Source of the DNA: a bacterium
GTDB taxonomy: Bacteria > Margulisbacteria > Marinamargulisbacteria > JABIPA01
Assembly (NCBI GenBank): GCA_018698675.1
Contig: JABIPA010000023.1
Span: forward strand, 37,409-101,408
Reading direction: 5' to 3'
DNA: 64,000 nucleotides
The notes beneath the pieces are model-generated. The model was not told the origin of the DNA. It saw only the letters and a list, made by a program, of their open reading frames with translations, and did no database searches. Made by a program: the position numbers and the translations under genes. This document shows positions 29,996 to 39,438 of this stretch, piece by piece. The first letter of the stretch is position 1, and every line of letters starts with the position of its first letter.

Positions 29996-32488
29996 ATGAA
30001 CGTATCCTTAGATCTAGAATTAAAAGCAAGAAATACCTTTCAAAATCGAATTGCAGACGTTTTCAATCCTGATAACGAACGTTTTAAAAGTATAGAGTTA
30101 AAACAATTAGAATTAGAATGCGAAAAGGTTTTAGACAAACATGAAATTAGTCTCGAAAATAGACTTTTTTATTCCGAATCATTAAAAATGATAAAATCGT
30201 CACTTTTTACAATTGATACCATTGATGTGTCTCCGAAACAAAGTGCTGAGATGACACCGGAGAAACAAAATGACTTAAACAATAAAGTTATTTCGTATTT
30301 TGACAATGTTGTGGATTATTCAGAGTCTGTGAGAGAAAAGGCAGGCATATATTCTTCACCTTTACCTACTTCAAGGAATTATTCTGCAAGGGAACTACCT
30401 AGTTCAATGCCTATTTCGAAAACAAAAAACGACGATGTTTTTACAAAAAGAACGTCTATGGACAAGGCGAAAAATGATCTATTTTCAAATTTGCCTAAAT
30501 CGATAGAGAGACAAATTAAAGATAAGATTGAATTTGTACATCAATCAGTTATAGATAGTACGAATCGAATTAAGTCATCCGTGCAACGAGTTCCCTACAA
30601 AAGTACTTATTTCCCGGCTATGAAACAAATGTTTGGTAATGATTCGTCTTATCTTCCTTCGTCAAGGAACCAGAGTAAAAAAGGTGGGATTAGGTATATT
30701 GATGGGGCAGCTCCTTTTGTATTTAGAAAACCTGTCCCAGCGGTAATGGATGCAGGATATGACTTAGAGTCGGACGATGAATCAAACGTTACATTTAGTT
30801 CATCTGGAAGAAGAACTTTCGATGATGATATGACAGGTTTTACTGCCTTTACCGGTTTTGATTCGGGTAATTCCGCACATAATCAAATTGGAAAAAGAAG
30901 TCCTCAAGATATGGGGGAAAATTGGATGTATGGGCCCGGCCTGAATGGTTCAAATACTTTGGAAGAAACATTTAACCATACCGTACCCTATGAGACGGTA
31001 TATGGAGAGTCGTCGGTCTTCTCTTCAGGCCTTCAAGTAGAGCGGCCAGTAAGAAATGGCTTAATTCAAAGACAGGACCATCAATCCGGTCATTCAAACC
31101 CGACTTCAGACGGGACGGATATTGCTATTGATAGAAGAAGCAGTACATCGCAGTTTGCTTTCGATGATAACGTTACAATCCGTCGTGGTAAGAAAAAGGC
31201 TGATACAGTGCTTACCGTAACGGGTGAAGGTGTTGCCAAAGAGACCGTTACTCTAATGAATCAATGGAATGATTTTAAAAATTCTGCAGCAGGGCTTAAG
31301 GCGAATTTTGGAAGGCATATCAAAAATGTTCTTTTTGATAAATTTTATCAACTGGAAGCTGAACGAGTAGGCGATGTTTTTACAGAAGCAAGAATTGTAG
31401 GCGATGGGGATTGTGGGTTTTGGGCAACGAATTGGACGAGACAGGATGCTCTTGATTTGTTTCGAGAAAATTCTAAAAACAGTGAAGTTAGAGAGAAAAT
31501 GGCACCTGAAATTGCAGGCGTTTTATTAGACCATAATAGTGATAAAGGATTACGTAGTTTATTGGCTAGGAAGACAGGTTACAACAGAGTTATACATGCG
31601 TCTGTTCGTATTGGGGAAGATATGAATGACTTGGCAAGTGCTGTAAAAGAACGTCTTTTGGAACTCGGCGGAGATGATGGACGCGTAAGAAATATTGAAT
31701 CGATAGCAGCAATTAACAAACAGTTTCTAGAAAAGTTGAATTTGAAAGATATATCAGAAAAAGATATCAATCAGATTTTAAAGGCTGCTGTAAAATTTAG
31801 AGAATTGACTACAAGTTACGATAAGTTATTTACTGATTTTGATATGAATACAGCGACATCTAGAGAAGATGTTTATTTAGCATATGTAAATAATTTTTAT
31901 GGAAAGGGAGGTTATTTGGCCGTCCCTGATAAATCCGCCAATGGGGACAAGGCGACATCAGGCGCAATTTCTATTTTGGCTGAGGCAAGAAATACTCCAG
32001 TTCGGGTTTGGAAAAAAGACCCAGAGGATCCAAATAATGTATTTTTACAATATCAAACTGGAGACATAACAAAGGGAAACCGAATGAATACCCTAGATAT
32101 TATTCATGGTGGGATACATTTTAACAAACTTGTACCTAATCAAGGTGGACTTGCTAGAAACTTAACAAGTACAATTGAAGATTGGAAAAAAACTGCTGGC
32201 CGTGCCGATATTTTTACAGTTCCTTTTAGAGCGATGAAAAAAACGTTGATGTTGACTAATGGGCCGGACAAGAACCCAGTCGTAAAAGAAAGGCCGTCTT
32301 TAAAACGACAGCCTGATCCTACTGTAGAAAAAGTGGCTACTAAGAAAAACTCTCCTACGGGAGTTCCCACTGTACCCGAAGCTGGATCTGCCACAAACAT
32401 AAGCGATAAATCTGAAAAAGAATTTAGCGCACAAAAAAAACAAAGTAACATGTTTATGCGCGTATATAACAGGTTTGTTAGATTATAG
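29996..32488 (+). CDS. Hypothetical 830-aa protein with an OTU-like Cys-protease signature and a long disordered N-terminal half
   Basis: Strong SD (GAGGGAAGGGAG). Cys-box VGDGDCGFWA (Cys473, nt 31412..31414) and His-box GGIHFNKL (His707). The N-terminal ~450 aa are Ser/Asn/Asp-rich low complexity. Confidence 0.55.
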   Translation: MNVSLDLELKARNTFQNRIADVFNPDNERFKSIELKQLELECEKVLDKHEISLENRLFYSESLKMIKSSLFTIDTIDVSPKQSAEMTPEKQNDLNNKVISYFDNVVDYSESVREKAGIYSSPLPTSRNYSARELPSSMPISKTKNDDVFTKRTSMDKAKNDLFSNLPKSIERQIKDKIEFVHQSVIDSTNRIKSSVQRVPYKSTYFPAMKQMFGNDSSYLPSSRNQSKKGGIRYIDGAAPFVFRKPVPAVMDAGYDLESDDESNVTFSSSGRRTFDDDMTGFTAFTGFDSGNSAHNQIGKRSPQDMGENWMYGPGLNGSNTLEETFNHTVPYETVYGESSVFSSGLQVERPVRNGLIQRQDHQSGHSNPTSDGTDIAIDRRSSTSQFAFDDNVTIRRGKKKADTVLTVTGEGVAKETVTLMNQWNDFKNSAAGLKANFGRHIKNVLFDKFYQLEAERVGDVFTEARIVGDGDCGFWATNWTRQDALDLFRENSKNSEVREKMAPEIAGVLLDHNSDKGLRSLLARKTGYNRVIHASVRIGEDMNDLASAVKERLLELGGDDGRVRNIESIAAINKQFLEKLNLKDISEKDINQILKAAVKFRELTTSYDKLFTDFDMNTATSREDVYLAYVNNFYGKGGYLAVPDKSANGDKATSGAISILAEARNTPVRVWKKDPEDPNNVFLQYQTGDITKGNRMNTLDIIHGGIHFNKLVPNQGGLARNLTSTIEDWKKTAGRADIFTVPFRAMKKTLMLTNGPDKNPVVKERPSLKRQPDPTVEKVATKKNSPTGVPTVPEAGSATNISDKSEKEFSAQKKQSNMFMRVYNRFVRL

Positions 32489-32517
32489 ATTTGAAACTAT
32501 AAATAGTTTTAGGATGA

Positions 32518-32552
32518 AACCCTGCATTGGTACTGTCAATGCAGGGTTCTCG
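32518..32552 (+). terminator. Rho-independent terminator-like hairpin after the 830-aa gene
   Basis: Perfect 12-bp stem AACCCTGCATTG / CAATGCAGGGTT with a 7-nt loop, followed by TTCTCGCTCTC, 30 bp past the stop. Confidence 0.5.
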
Positions 32553-32736
32553 CTCTCTAATAAAGTGACTCAAAACGAAATCTATTTTTCGATGTTAAAA
32601 TTGAATTTTTTCTTATTTCCTGGTTTTTGTTTCTTTAATTTTTCACAAAAATATGATAAAAAATCCCTATAATATTTGATTAAAAATAGAAGTTTTTCTG
32701 TAAATTAATTCAGAACGCGATATAAGGAGATTTTAA

Positions 32737-34590
32737 ATGACTAAAACAAAAGAAGAAATCAACGTAACCGGTGATATTAGTATTCATACACAAAATATCT
32801 TACCGATTATAAAAAAATGGCTATATTCAGAACAAGATATTTTTATTCGAGAATTGATGTCTAACGCATTTGATGCGATTAAGAAACTTAAGACAATTTC
32901 GGTAAAAGAGAGTCTAACTGACTTGCAACGTGATGGAAAAATAGATTTGATTCCTAACGAAAAGGAAAACACTCTTACAATAAAAGACAACGGTCTTGGA
33001 ATGACATCTGAAGAAATTCAAAAATATATCAATCAAATAGCCTTTTCTGGGGCAGAAGAATTTGTTGCTAAATATAAAGATAAAGAAGACGGAGAACAAA
33101 TAATTGGTCAGTTTGGACTAGGGTTCTATTCTGCGTTCATGGTATCCACTTTAGTTGAAATAAATACAAAGTCTTATAAAGAAGGTTCTCAGGCTGTTAA
33201 ATGGTCATGTGACGGGTCAACGTCTTTTTCTATAACAGAATCGGATAAAGAAGATGTTGGAACAGAGATTATTCTTCACTTATCAGATGACGCGAAAGAA
33301 TATTTAGCTGAAGAACGTTTGAAAAATCTGGTTGAACGATTTTCAAACTTTTTACCTGTCGATATTCAAGTTAACGGTAAAACAGCAAATAATCAAAACC
33401 CAATTTGGATCCAACAACCTTCAGAGTTAAAAGAAGAAGATTATAAAAAATTCTATAATGTTCTTTTTCCTTTTAAAGGGGACCCTTTGTTTTGGATTCA
33501 TTTGAATGTGGACTATCCATTTAACTTAAAAGGAATTCTATATTTTCCTAAATTAGCGCATGAATTGGACGGGAACAAAGGACAAGTGAAATTGTTCTGT
33601 CAGCAAGTATTTGTAACAGATAACGCAAAAGAAATTTTGCCTGAGTTTTTGACTCTTCTTCAAGGTGCAATTGATTGTCCAGAACTTCCTCTAAACGTTT
33701 CTAGAAGTTTTCTTCAACAAGATCCTTATGTTCAAAAGATTTCAAAGCATATTGTGAAAAAAGTAGCAGATAAACTTATCGAACTTCACAAAAATGAAAA
33801 AGAACAATTTGAGAAACATTGGGAAGATATCAATCCATTTATAAAATATGGAATGATGAATGATGATAGTTTTTATAAAAAAGTTGAAAATATTGTCCTA
33901 TTTCCATCTTCTTCAGGAAACTCAACGTCGTTGAAAGAGTACACGGAGAGAAATAAAGAAAAACTAGAAAATAAAGTTTTATATTGTGAAGACAAAGAAA
34001 AACAAGCGTCTTATGTCGCTATGTGTAAAGACCAAGGCTTAGAAGTTATATTCTTGAAAAATGTAATAGATGTACACTTTTTTCAATTTTTAGAATCTAA
34101 AAACAAAGACCTTAAATTTGTCGCGATTGATACAGAAGTTTCTGAACATTTAGTAGATGAAGATTCGGAGTCAAAAGCAGTCGACCCAGTTGATAACAAA
34201 ACAGAGTCAGATAAACTGAATGATATTTTTAAAGACGCATTAAATAATGATAAATTAAAAATTGAAGTGAAACATCTTAAGTCTGAAAAGATTTCCGGTA
34301 TGTTAATTGAAGCAGAACATGTTAAACGATTACGATCGATGAGTGCGATGATGCAAGGACAACAAATGCCTTCATTTGATGACTATACATTGGTTGTTAA
34401 TAGTAATCATTCGTTAGTTAAAAATATTTTGACCTTGAATCAAGCATTGGATCCAGAAGGTAAAGTGAAACCACTTTGTCAGCATGTGTATGACTTGGCA
34501 TCTTTGTCACAAAAACAATTGTCTGGAGAAGAACTTCAATCATTTATCGAACGATCAAATGAGCTATTGTCAGGATACTCGCAAAAGTAA
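32737..34590 (+). CDS. htpG: Chaperone HtpG (Hsp90)
   Basis: 617 aa with the GHKL N-terminal domain (IRELMSNAFDAI, DNGLGMT) and Hsp90 middle and C-terminal regions. The SD is TAAGGAG. Confidence 0.95.
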   Translation: MTKTKEEINVTGDISIHTQNILPIIKKWLYSEQDIFIRELMSNAFDAIKKLKTISVKESLTDLQRDGKIDLIPNEKENTLTIKDNGLGMTSEEIQKYINQIAFSGAEEFVAKYKDKEDGEQIIGQFGLGFYSAFMVSTLVEINTKSYKEGSQAVKWSCDGSTSFSITESDKEDVGTEIILHLSDDAKEYLAEERLKNLVERFSNFLPVDIQVNGKTANNQNPIWIQQPSELKEEDYKKFYNVLFPFKGDPLFWIHLNVDYPFNLKGILYFPKLAHELDGNKGQVKLFCQQVFVTDNAKEILPEFLTLLQGAIDCPELPLNVSRSFLQQDPYVQKISKHIVKKVADKLIELHKNEKEQFEKHWEDINPFIKYGMMNDDSFYKKVENIVLFPSSSGNSTSLKEYTERNKEKLENKVLYCEDKEKQASYVAMCKDQGLEVIFLKNVIDVHFFQFLESKNKDLKFVAIDTEVSEHLVDEDSESKAVDPVDNKTESDKLNDIFKDALNNDKLKIEVKHLKSEKISGMLIEAEHVKRLRSMSAMMQGQQMPSFDDYTLVVNSNHSLVKNILTLNQALDPEGKVKPLCQHVYDLASLSQKQLSGEELQSFIERSNELLSGYSQK

Positions 34591-35210
34591 TGATTCGTGA
34601 CATTCTGATTAAGCAATTTAAGAAACACTTTTTTATACTTTATCAAGAGAAGTATAAAAATGATGTTTCTAATATAAGCTTAGAACGTTTTGTAGCAAAA
34701 CACCCATTGTTGAAGCCAGAACTTATTGTCGTAAATGACGAAGTTCATGGCTTTAAGCAGTTGGGTAAGAATGTCCTTTCACTAGAGAACTATCCAATAT
34801 ACTTTGAAGTCGAGTATGTGGATGATGAAGATGGTGACCGATACGTAGATTCTGTAGATTTATACGCAGAGGCTGCAATAAAGTCTCCAGAGAACATGAA
34901 AGAAGTCTTTCATTTATCTAATGAATATCAGAAGACGGTTACATTCGAGCGTGTAAAGAGAATTAGTGATCCAAAAGTAGAATCTATACTTATGTACTCA
35001 AAGCTAAGTAGTCAGTTTTCTGAAGGGTACTTAGATGAAGACCTTAAAGAGGGTATTGTCTCTAAAGAAGAATTGGAACTATTAGTTGAAGTTCATATGG
35101 TGAGCTTGGTTAATGCAATTAAAATTTTGGACGATGTACTTGTTAAAGGGAAAAGTGTCGCTCAGTCAAAACTCAAGAATCTGGGCCAAAAAACAGACTT
35201 CGACTTTTAG
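34590..35210 (+). CDS. Hypothetical protein (206 aa), translationally coupled to htpG
   Basis: Its ATG overlaps the htpG stop (TAATGA). It is acidic and has no known domain. Confidence 0.5.
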   Translation: MIRDILIKQFKKHFFILYQEKYKNDVSNISLERFVAKHPLLKPELIVVNDEVHGFKQLGKNVLSLENYPIYFEVEYVDDEDGDRYVDSVDLYAEAAIKSPENMKEVFHLSNEYQKTVTFERVKRISDPKVESILMYSKLSSQFSEGYLDEDLKEGIVSKEELELLVEVHMVSLVNAIKILDDVLVKGKSVAQSKLKNLGQKTDFDF

Positions 35211-35414
35211 GCAATTCTAAAATTGTCCATTTTGAACGTCCTGTTTCGCTTACATATTTTTATATGCTTCGCTCTACTGGACGCCCAAACTGAACGATTT
35301 TTGAACTGCCTACGGCTAGAGTTTTTTTTGTTTTCTCGCCTCGCTTGCGCTTTGGGGTAAATGGAATTTTTTTTTGTAGATTGTTTGAATTTTTGTTCTT
35401 GAAGGGATAGTTAT

Positions 35415-36443
35415 ATGTCTAGAAATTTGGTTTCATATGTTGAGGGGGCTTTGGAGTCTCTTTCTAAAGGGATTTCTCTATCTGAAAAGGATTCTTTTTT
35501 GGTTTTATCTGAGATATTTTGTGGGAAAACGTCTCATGAAAATGTCTTATCTCTTCTTCGTTTAATTAATCAAACAGGAATTACGCATGACGAAGTGGTT
35601 GGTTTTGCTCTTGCTATGCGAAAAGGAATGTCGGCTATCGATATTGGAGAAAACGCGGTGGATACCTGTGGGACTGGCGGTTCTGGATTGGAACGGTTTA
35701 ATATCTCAACGGCTTCTGCTTTCGTTGTTAGTGCATGTGGTATCCCTGTTGCTAAGCATGGTAATCATGGATCCTCGAAACCCAATGGTAGTTTCGATTT
35801 TTTAAAAAGTTTGGGAGTCAATTTCGAACTTTCTCCGCAAAATGTGAAACGTATTTTTGATGAAACAAAATTATGTTTTTTATATGCCCGTTCCCATCAT
35901 CCTGCTGTTCGATTTGTTGGGCCAGCTCGTAAAGAGATAGGGGAGAGAACTATTTTTAATTTACTGGGTCCTCTTTGTAATCCGGCTCAAGCGAAGTATC
36001 AAGTTATAGGAACTACTTCTGAGCAACAGGCTCTGTTATTGGCAAGGTCTCTTCAAAAACTGGGGACAAAGAGAAGCTTGGTGGTGTGTGGAGGAGATGG
36101 CGTTGATGAATTTTCAATAGGTAATCCTTCTGAGTATTACGACGTATCTAAAAATGCTATTGATAAAAAAATATGGGATCCTTCAGTTCTTAATCTATGT
36201 TTAGAATCCAATCTTGAAATAGGAGATGGGGCTACTAATGCAGCATCTTTTAAGATTCTTTTAAATGATAAAGGTGATGATAAAATTATTCATTTAATAT
36301 CAATCAATGCGGGTGCTGCTATTTATTGCACTGGTAATGCAAATTCAATTGAAGATGGATACAATATGGCGATACAGTGTTTTCAATCAGGACTTGTTCA
36401 AAAACAAGTTGAAAGATTTATAAGTTTATCAAATTCGCTTTAA
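35415..36443 (+). CDS. trpD: Anthranilate phosphoribosyltransferase (TrpD family)
   Basis: 342 aa with glycosyltransferase family 3 motifs (DTCGTGGSG, KHGNHGSSKPNGS). No other trp genes are adjacent. Confidence 0.8.
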   Translation: MSRNLVSYVEGALESLSKGISLSEKDSFLVLSEIFCGKTSHENVLSLLRLINQTGITHDEVVGFALAMRKGMSAIDIGENAVDTCGTGGSGLERFNISTASAFVVSACGIPVAKHGNHGSSKPNGSFDFLKSLGVNFELSPQNVKRIFDETKLCFLYARSHHPAVRFVGPARKEIGERTIFNLLGPLCNPAQAKYQVIGTTSEQQALLLARSLQKLGTKRSLVVCGGDGVDEFSIGNPSEYYDVSKNAIDKKIWDPSVLNLCLESNLEIGDGATNAASFKILLNDKGDDKIIHLISINAGAAIYCTGNANSIEDGYNMAIQCFQSGLVQKQVERFISLSNSL

Positions 36444-36540
36444 TGGTATGACGTTTGAAATCACCCAATCCTCATGGTTTATGGATTAGATGATTGTATT
36501 ATTTGTTTTTCGTTTTATGAGATATTGAAAATAAGTCGAA

Positions 36541-39438
36541 TTAGCCCAATATTTGCCGTTGTGCCAAATTATAAAATTTTCCCGATTTATCAGATATCAA
36601 TTCGTCATAGGTACCTTCCTGAACAACTTTTCCTTTATCCAAAACAATTATTCTATCCGCATGTTTTATCGTTGTAATTCGATGAGCAACAACAATTCGT
36701 GTAGCATTTAATTTCTCTATATCTTCCGTGATTTGTGATTGGGAATAGTTATCGAGTGAGCTGGTCGCTTCGTCAAATAATAGTACTCTTGGTTTCGATA
36801 CTATAGCTTTTGCAATGAATAGACGCTGTTTCTGTCCAGAAGAAAAGGTGGACCCACCTTCTGTAATAACGGTATTCATTCCCATCGGTAGGTTAGTAAT
36901 ATCATCAGAAATATTAGAATTTTTTGCTGCATCCCAAGCGTCTTCCAATGTTTGGGATGATGCTCCGATAATATTGGATAAAATGTTACCTGGTAAGAGA
37001 TTTGATTCTTGAAGAACGGTTCCAATTTGACGACGTAAGAGTTGTTTGTTTACTTTTTCCAGATGCATTTTATCTAAATAGATACTTCCACTGTTTGGTT
37101 TGAGAAAGCCAAGTATAAGCTTAAGTATCGTCGATTTTCCAGAACCTGATTCTCCGACAATACCAATGAATTCACCACTTTTTATATGAAAAGAAACATT
37201 GTCTAATATGTAGGAAGGCTCATTAGAATTATACTTAAATTTTATCGTACTAAATTCGATATTACCGTGTAATTCACCTGGATTAGATAGGCCAAACGAA
37301 TGCTCTGGTTTATGTTTAGCTAATTCTAATGTTTGATTGAGTGCGGGGAAAAGTTCGTAAATATCGACTAAATGCATTCCCATTTCAGTTATACTATTTG
37401 TAAATTGAAATAAAGCAAAATAGAACCCAATAAATACTCCAGCAGACACTTTATGATCGAAATAGGAAACCATGAAAAATAACAAAATGACCGATAGTGT
37501 CGAAAAAAGAATTCCCTGAATTTTAACTAAAGATTTTAAATCAGTAATCCCCTTTTCCTTTTTTAAATAGTTTCCGTAAGCGGATGCCCATATATAATAA
37601 AATCTATTTTCACTAAAAGATGTTTTTATTTTTTTTATTCCTGACATAATTTGAATTAATAGACCGGAGAATGAATTTTTGTCTTTATAGAATTTTTCAA
37701 CTGACGAAAAATTAAGTATTACAATACTGGTTGTGAGTGCTCCAAAAAACATAAAAGAGAATAATATAATAGACGCTAATTTTGAATCTAGAATATATAG
37801 GGGGATGAAGCAAAGTGTTGTACTAAATATGCTCAATAAAACATGAACGCTTGGACCCGAAAGCTTTTTTCGAAGTAGTTGAAAATTTAGAGCAAGACTC
37901 GATATCTCGCCAGCCGTACGTTTACGAATTATATATAAAGGTAAGCTCAAAATTCGATCCCATACTTTGGATTGAGCATTGTATTCTATACTCGAAATAA
38001 TTTGCATAGATACTAAATTCCGGGCGTAAGAAAATAAAAAGTTAAGAACCCCTACAACGAGCAAAAGAGCGCCTAACTGATAAAGAAAAAAGTGATGTTG
38101 ATTTGGAATGACAAAATCAAACGTAAAGGCCAGAAGTATAGGAGGAATTGCAAATGTAAATCCCGACAAAGCAATTAATAAAAATAACTTGATTAACGCA
38201 AACTTTTGAAAAGATAGCGAAGACTTAATTAAGAATTTCCAATCAAACTTGATGTCGGATGTGGGAGGAAAAAACATGTAAGCATAAGGCATAATCACTT
38301 TACTAACATCTTCATCAATATCAAGAGACACATTGCGTACAAAGTCCTTCAAAACTAAGTGTTTCGATCCTGTACGTTTAAATAACGCTACTGGACGGTT
38401 ATTCTTTTTAAGGAATCCTAATAACGGGTATGAGGTATTCTTCCACCAATTTTTTCTGAGTAAGACCAATCGAGTTTTGACATGGGATAAATTGATTGTT
38501 GTTAAAAAATCAGATTGAGAATTTTCAAGGGAGTCCGTAGCCGTAGATATTTTAAAACCTTGAGCTGTTCCTAATGTCTTTAATACTTTGTGCAATGGGT
38601 CCGATGATCGGAATGGAAATAACGACTTTTTTTGATTTTTGTTCACATTAGATAGAAGTGTATGAATCCCTTTTCTAAGAAAACTATACCGATTTTTTTG
38701 CCTATGCTTTAGTTCATTTAGTTCATCGATATTTAGTAGACTTTGATTCATCATATCGCAATTGAAAAGGAGCTGATAGAAACTAAAAAGACTAGGCCAA
38801 AGTTCTTTACTTTCGATTAATTCTGTTGTGCTTGAGGTATGTATTTCAGAAGAAACGACTGCTTGTAACCAGCTGTCTTTAGATAATGGAACATATAGCC
38901 TACTAGATTTTCTAATATCCTCTAATCCCAGATATACGAGTTGCCCTTCATTAAGCTTAACCCACATCACGGATTGATGGGTTCCTAAGATTTCTCCATT
39001 TTGTAGGGAACAATTGGTTTTGGTATCTAGCATTATATCCTTTTTTGGTTTCGGGAAAATAGACTTTGATAGTCCAGAACTTAGTTTCTCTATCCAAGTA
39101 GATACGAGACGACTTGATTCAATTTTATATGTTTCGGACAGTTGTTCAAATTGCTCAAATGTTAATTTTATGAGTGAAGAGGGTTGGTTTGGTCGCAATA
39201 TAAACTGTCGGATAAGATCGTCCTCTGGAAAGCCGATAACTATCATGTCTTGTTCGATTGTAAAATAGAAGTATCTTTTAACTAAGCCTTTTTCTTTTGA
39301 CGTGGAAAATAGATCGAGCTTTCCCTTTTTTACAAAATAGACGTGACGATCTTCGTTAATTGAGCATTCGTTATTAAAGTTAACGTCGACCCGATTGCCT
39401 ACCATCTCTAATTCATTTATAAATTCCTTACTTATCAT
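36541..39438 (-). CDS. ABC transporter permease/ATPase with an N-terminal cyclic-nucleotide-binding-like domain (NHLM bacteriocin-system type)
   Basis: 965 aa with a cNMP-binding-like N-terminus, a six-TM ABC exporter domain, Walker A (GESGSGKST), the ABC signature (LSGGQKQRL) and Walker B (LLFDEATSSLD). Confidence 0.85.
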   Translation of the reverse strand: MISKEFINELEMVGNRVDVNFNNECSINEDRHVYFVKKGKLDLFSTSKEKGLVKRYFYFTIEQDMIVIGFPEDDLIRQFILRPNQPSSLIKLTFEQFEQLSETYKIESSRLVSTWIEKLSSGLSKSIFPKPKKDIMLDTKTNCSLQNGEILGTHQSVMWVKLNEGQLVYLGLEDIRKSSRLYVPLSKDSWLQAVVSSEIHTSSTTELIESKELWPSLFSFYQLLFNCDMMNQSLLNIDELNELKHRQKNRYSFLRKGIHTLLSNVNKNQKKSLFPFRSSDPLHKVLKTLGTAQGFKISTATDSLENSQSDFLTTINLSHVKTRLVLLRKNWWKNTSYPLLGFLKKNNRPVALFKRTGSKHLVLKDFVRNVSLDIDEDVSKVIMPYAYMFFPPTSDIKFDWKFLIKSSLSFQKFALIKLFLLIALSGFTFAIPPILLAFTFDFVIPNQHHFFLYQLGALLLVVGVLNFLFSYARNLVSMQIISSIEYNAQSKVWDRILSLPLYIIRKRTAGEISSLALNFQLLRKKLSGPSVHVLLSIFSTTLCFIPLYILDSKLASIILFSFMFFGALTTSIVILNFSSVEKFYKDKNSFSGLLIQIMSGIKKIKTSFSENRFYYIWASAYGNYLKKEKGITDLKSLVKIQGILFSTLSVILLFFMVSYFDHKVSAGVFIGFYFALFQFTNSITEMGMHLVDIYELFPALNQTLELAKHKPEHSFGLSNPGELHGNIEFSTIKFKYNSNEPSYILDNVSFHIKSGEFIGIVGESGSGKSTILKLILGFLKPNSGSIYLDKMHLEKVNKQLLRRQIGTVLQESNLLPGNILSNIIGASSQTLEDAWDAAKNSNISDDITNLPMGMNTVITEGGSTFSSGQKQRLFIAKAIVSKPRVLLFDEATSSLDNYSQSQITEDIEKLNATRIVVAHRITTIKHADRIIVLDKGKVVQEGTYDELISDKSGKFYNLAQRQILG

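Noticed and set aside
35310-35375. T8 / T9 runs after the 206-aa gene as intrinsic terminators
   Set aside because: No convincing GC-rich stem immediately precedes either T-run.
36474-36677. 67-aa plus-strand ORF downstream of trpD as a possible bacteriocin precursor for the adjacent exporter
   Set aside because: It overlaps the C-terminal ATPase coding region of the 965-aa ABC gene on the opposite strand. It lacks a double-glycine leader and has no RBS.
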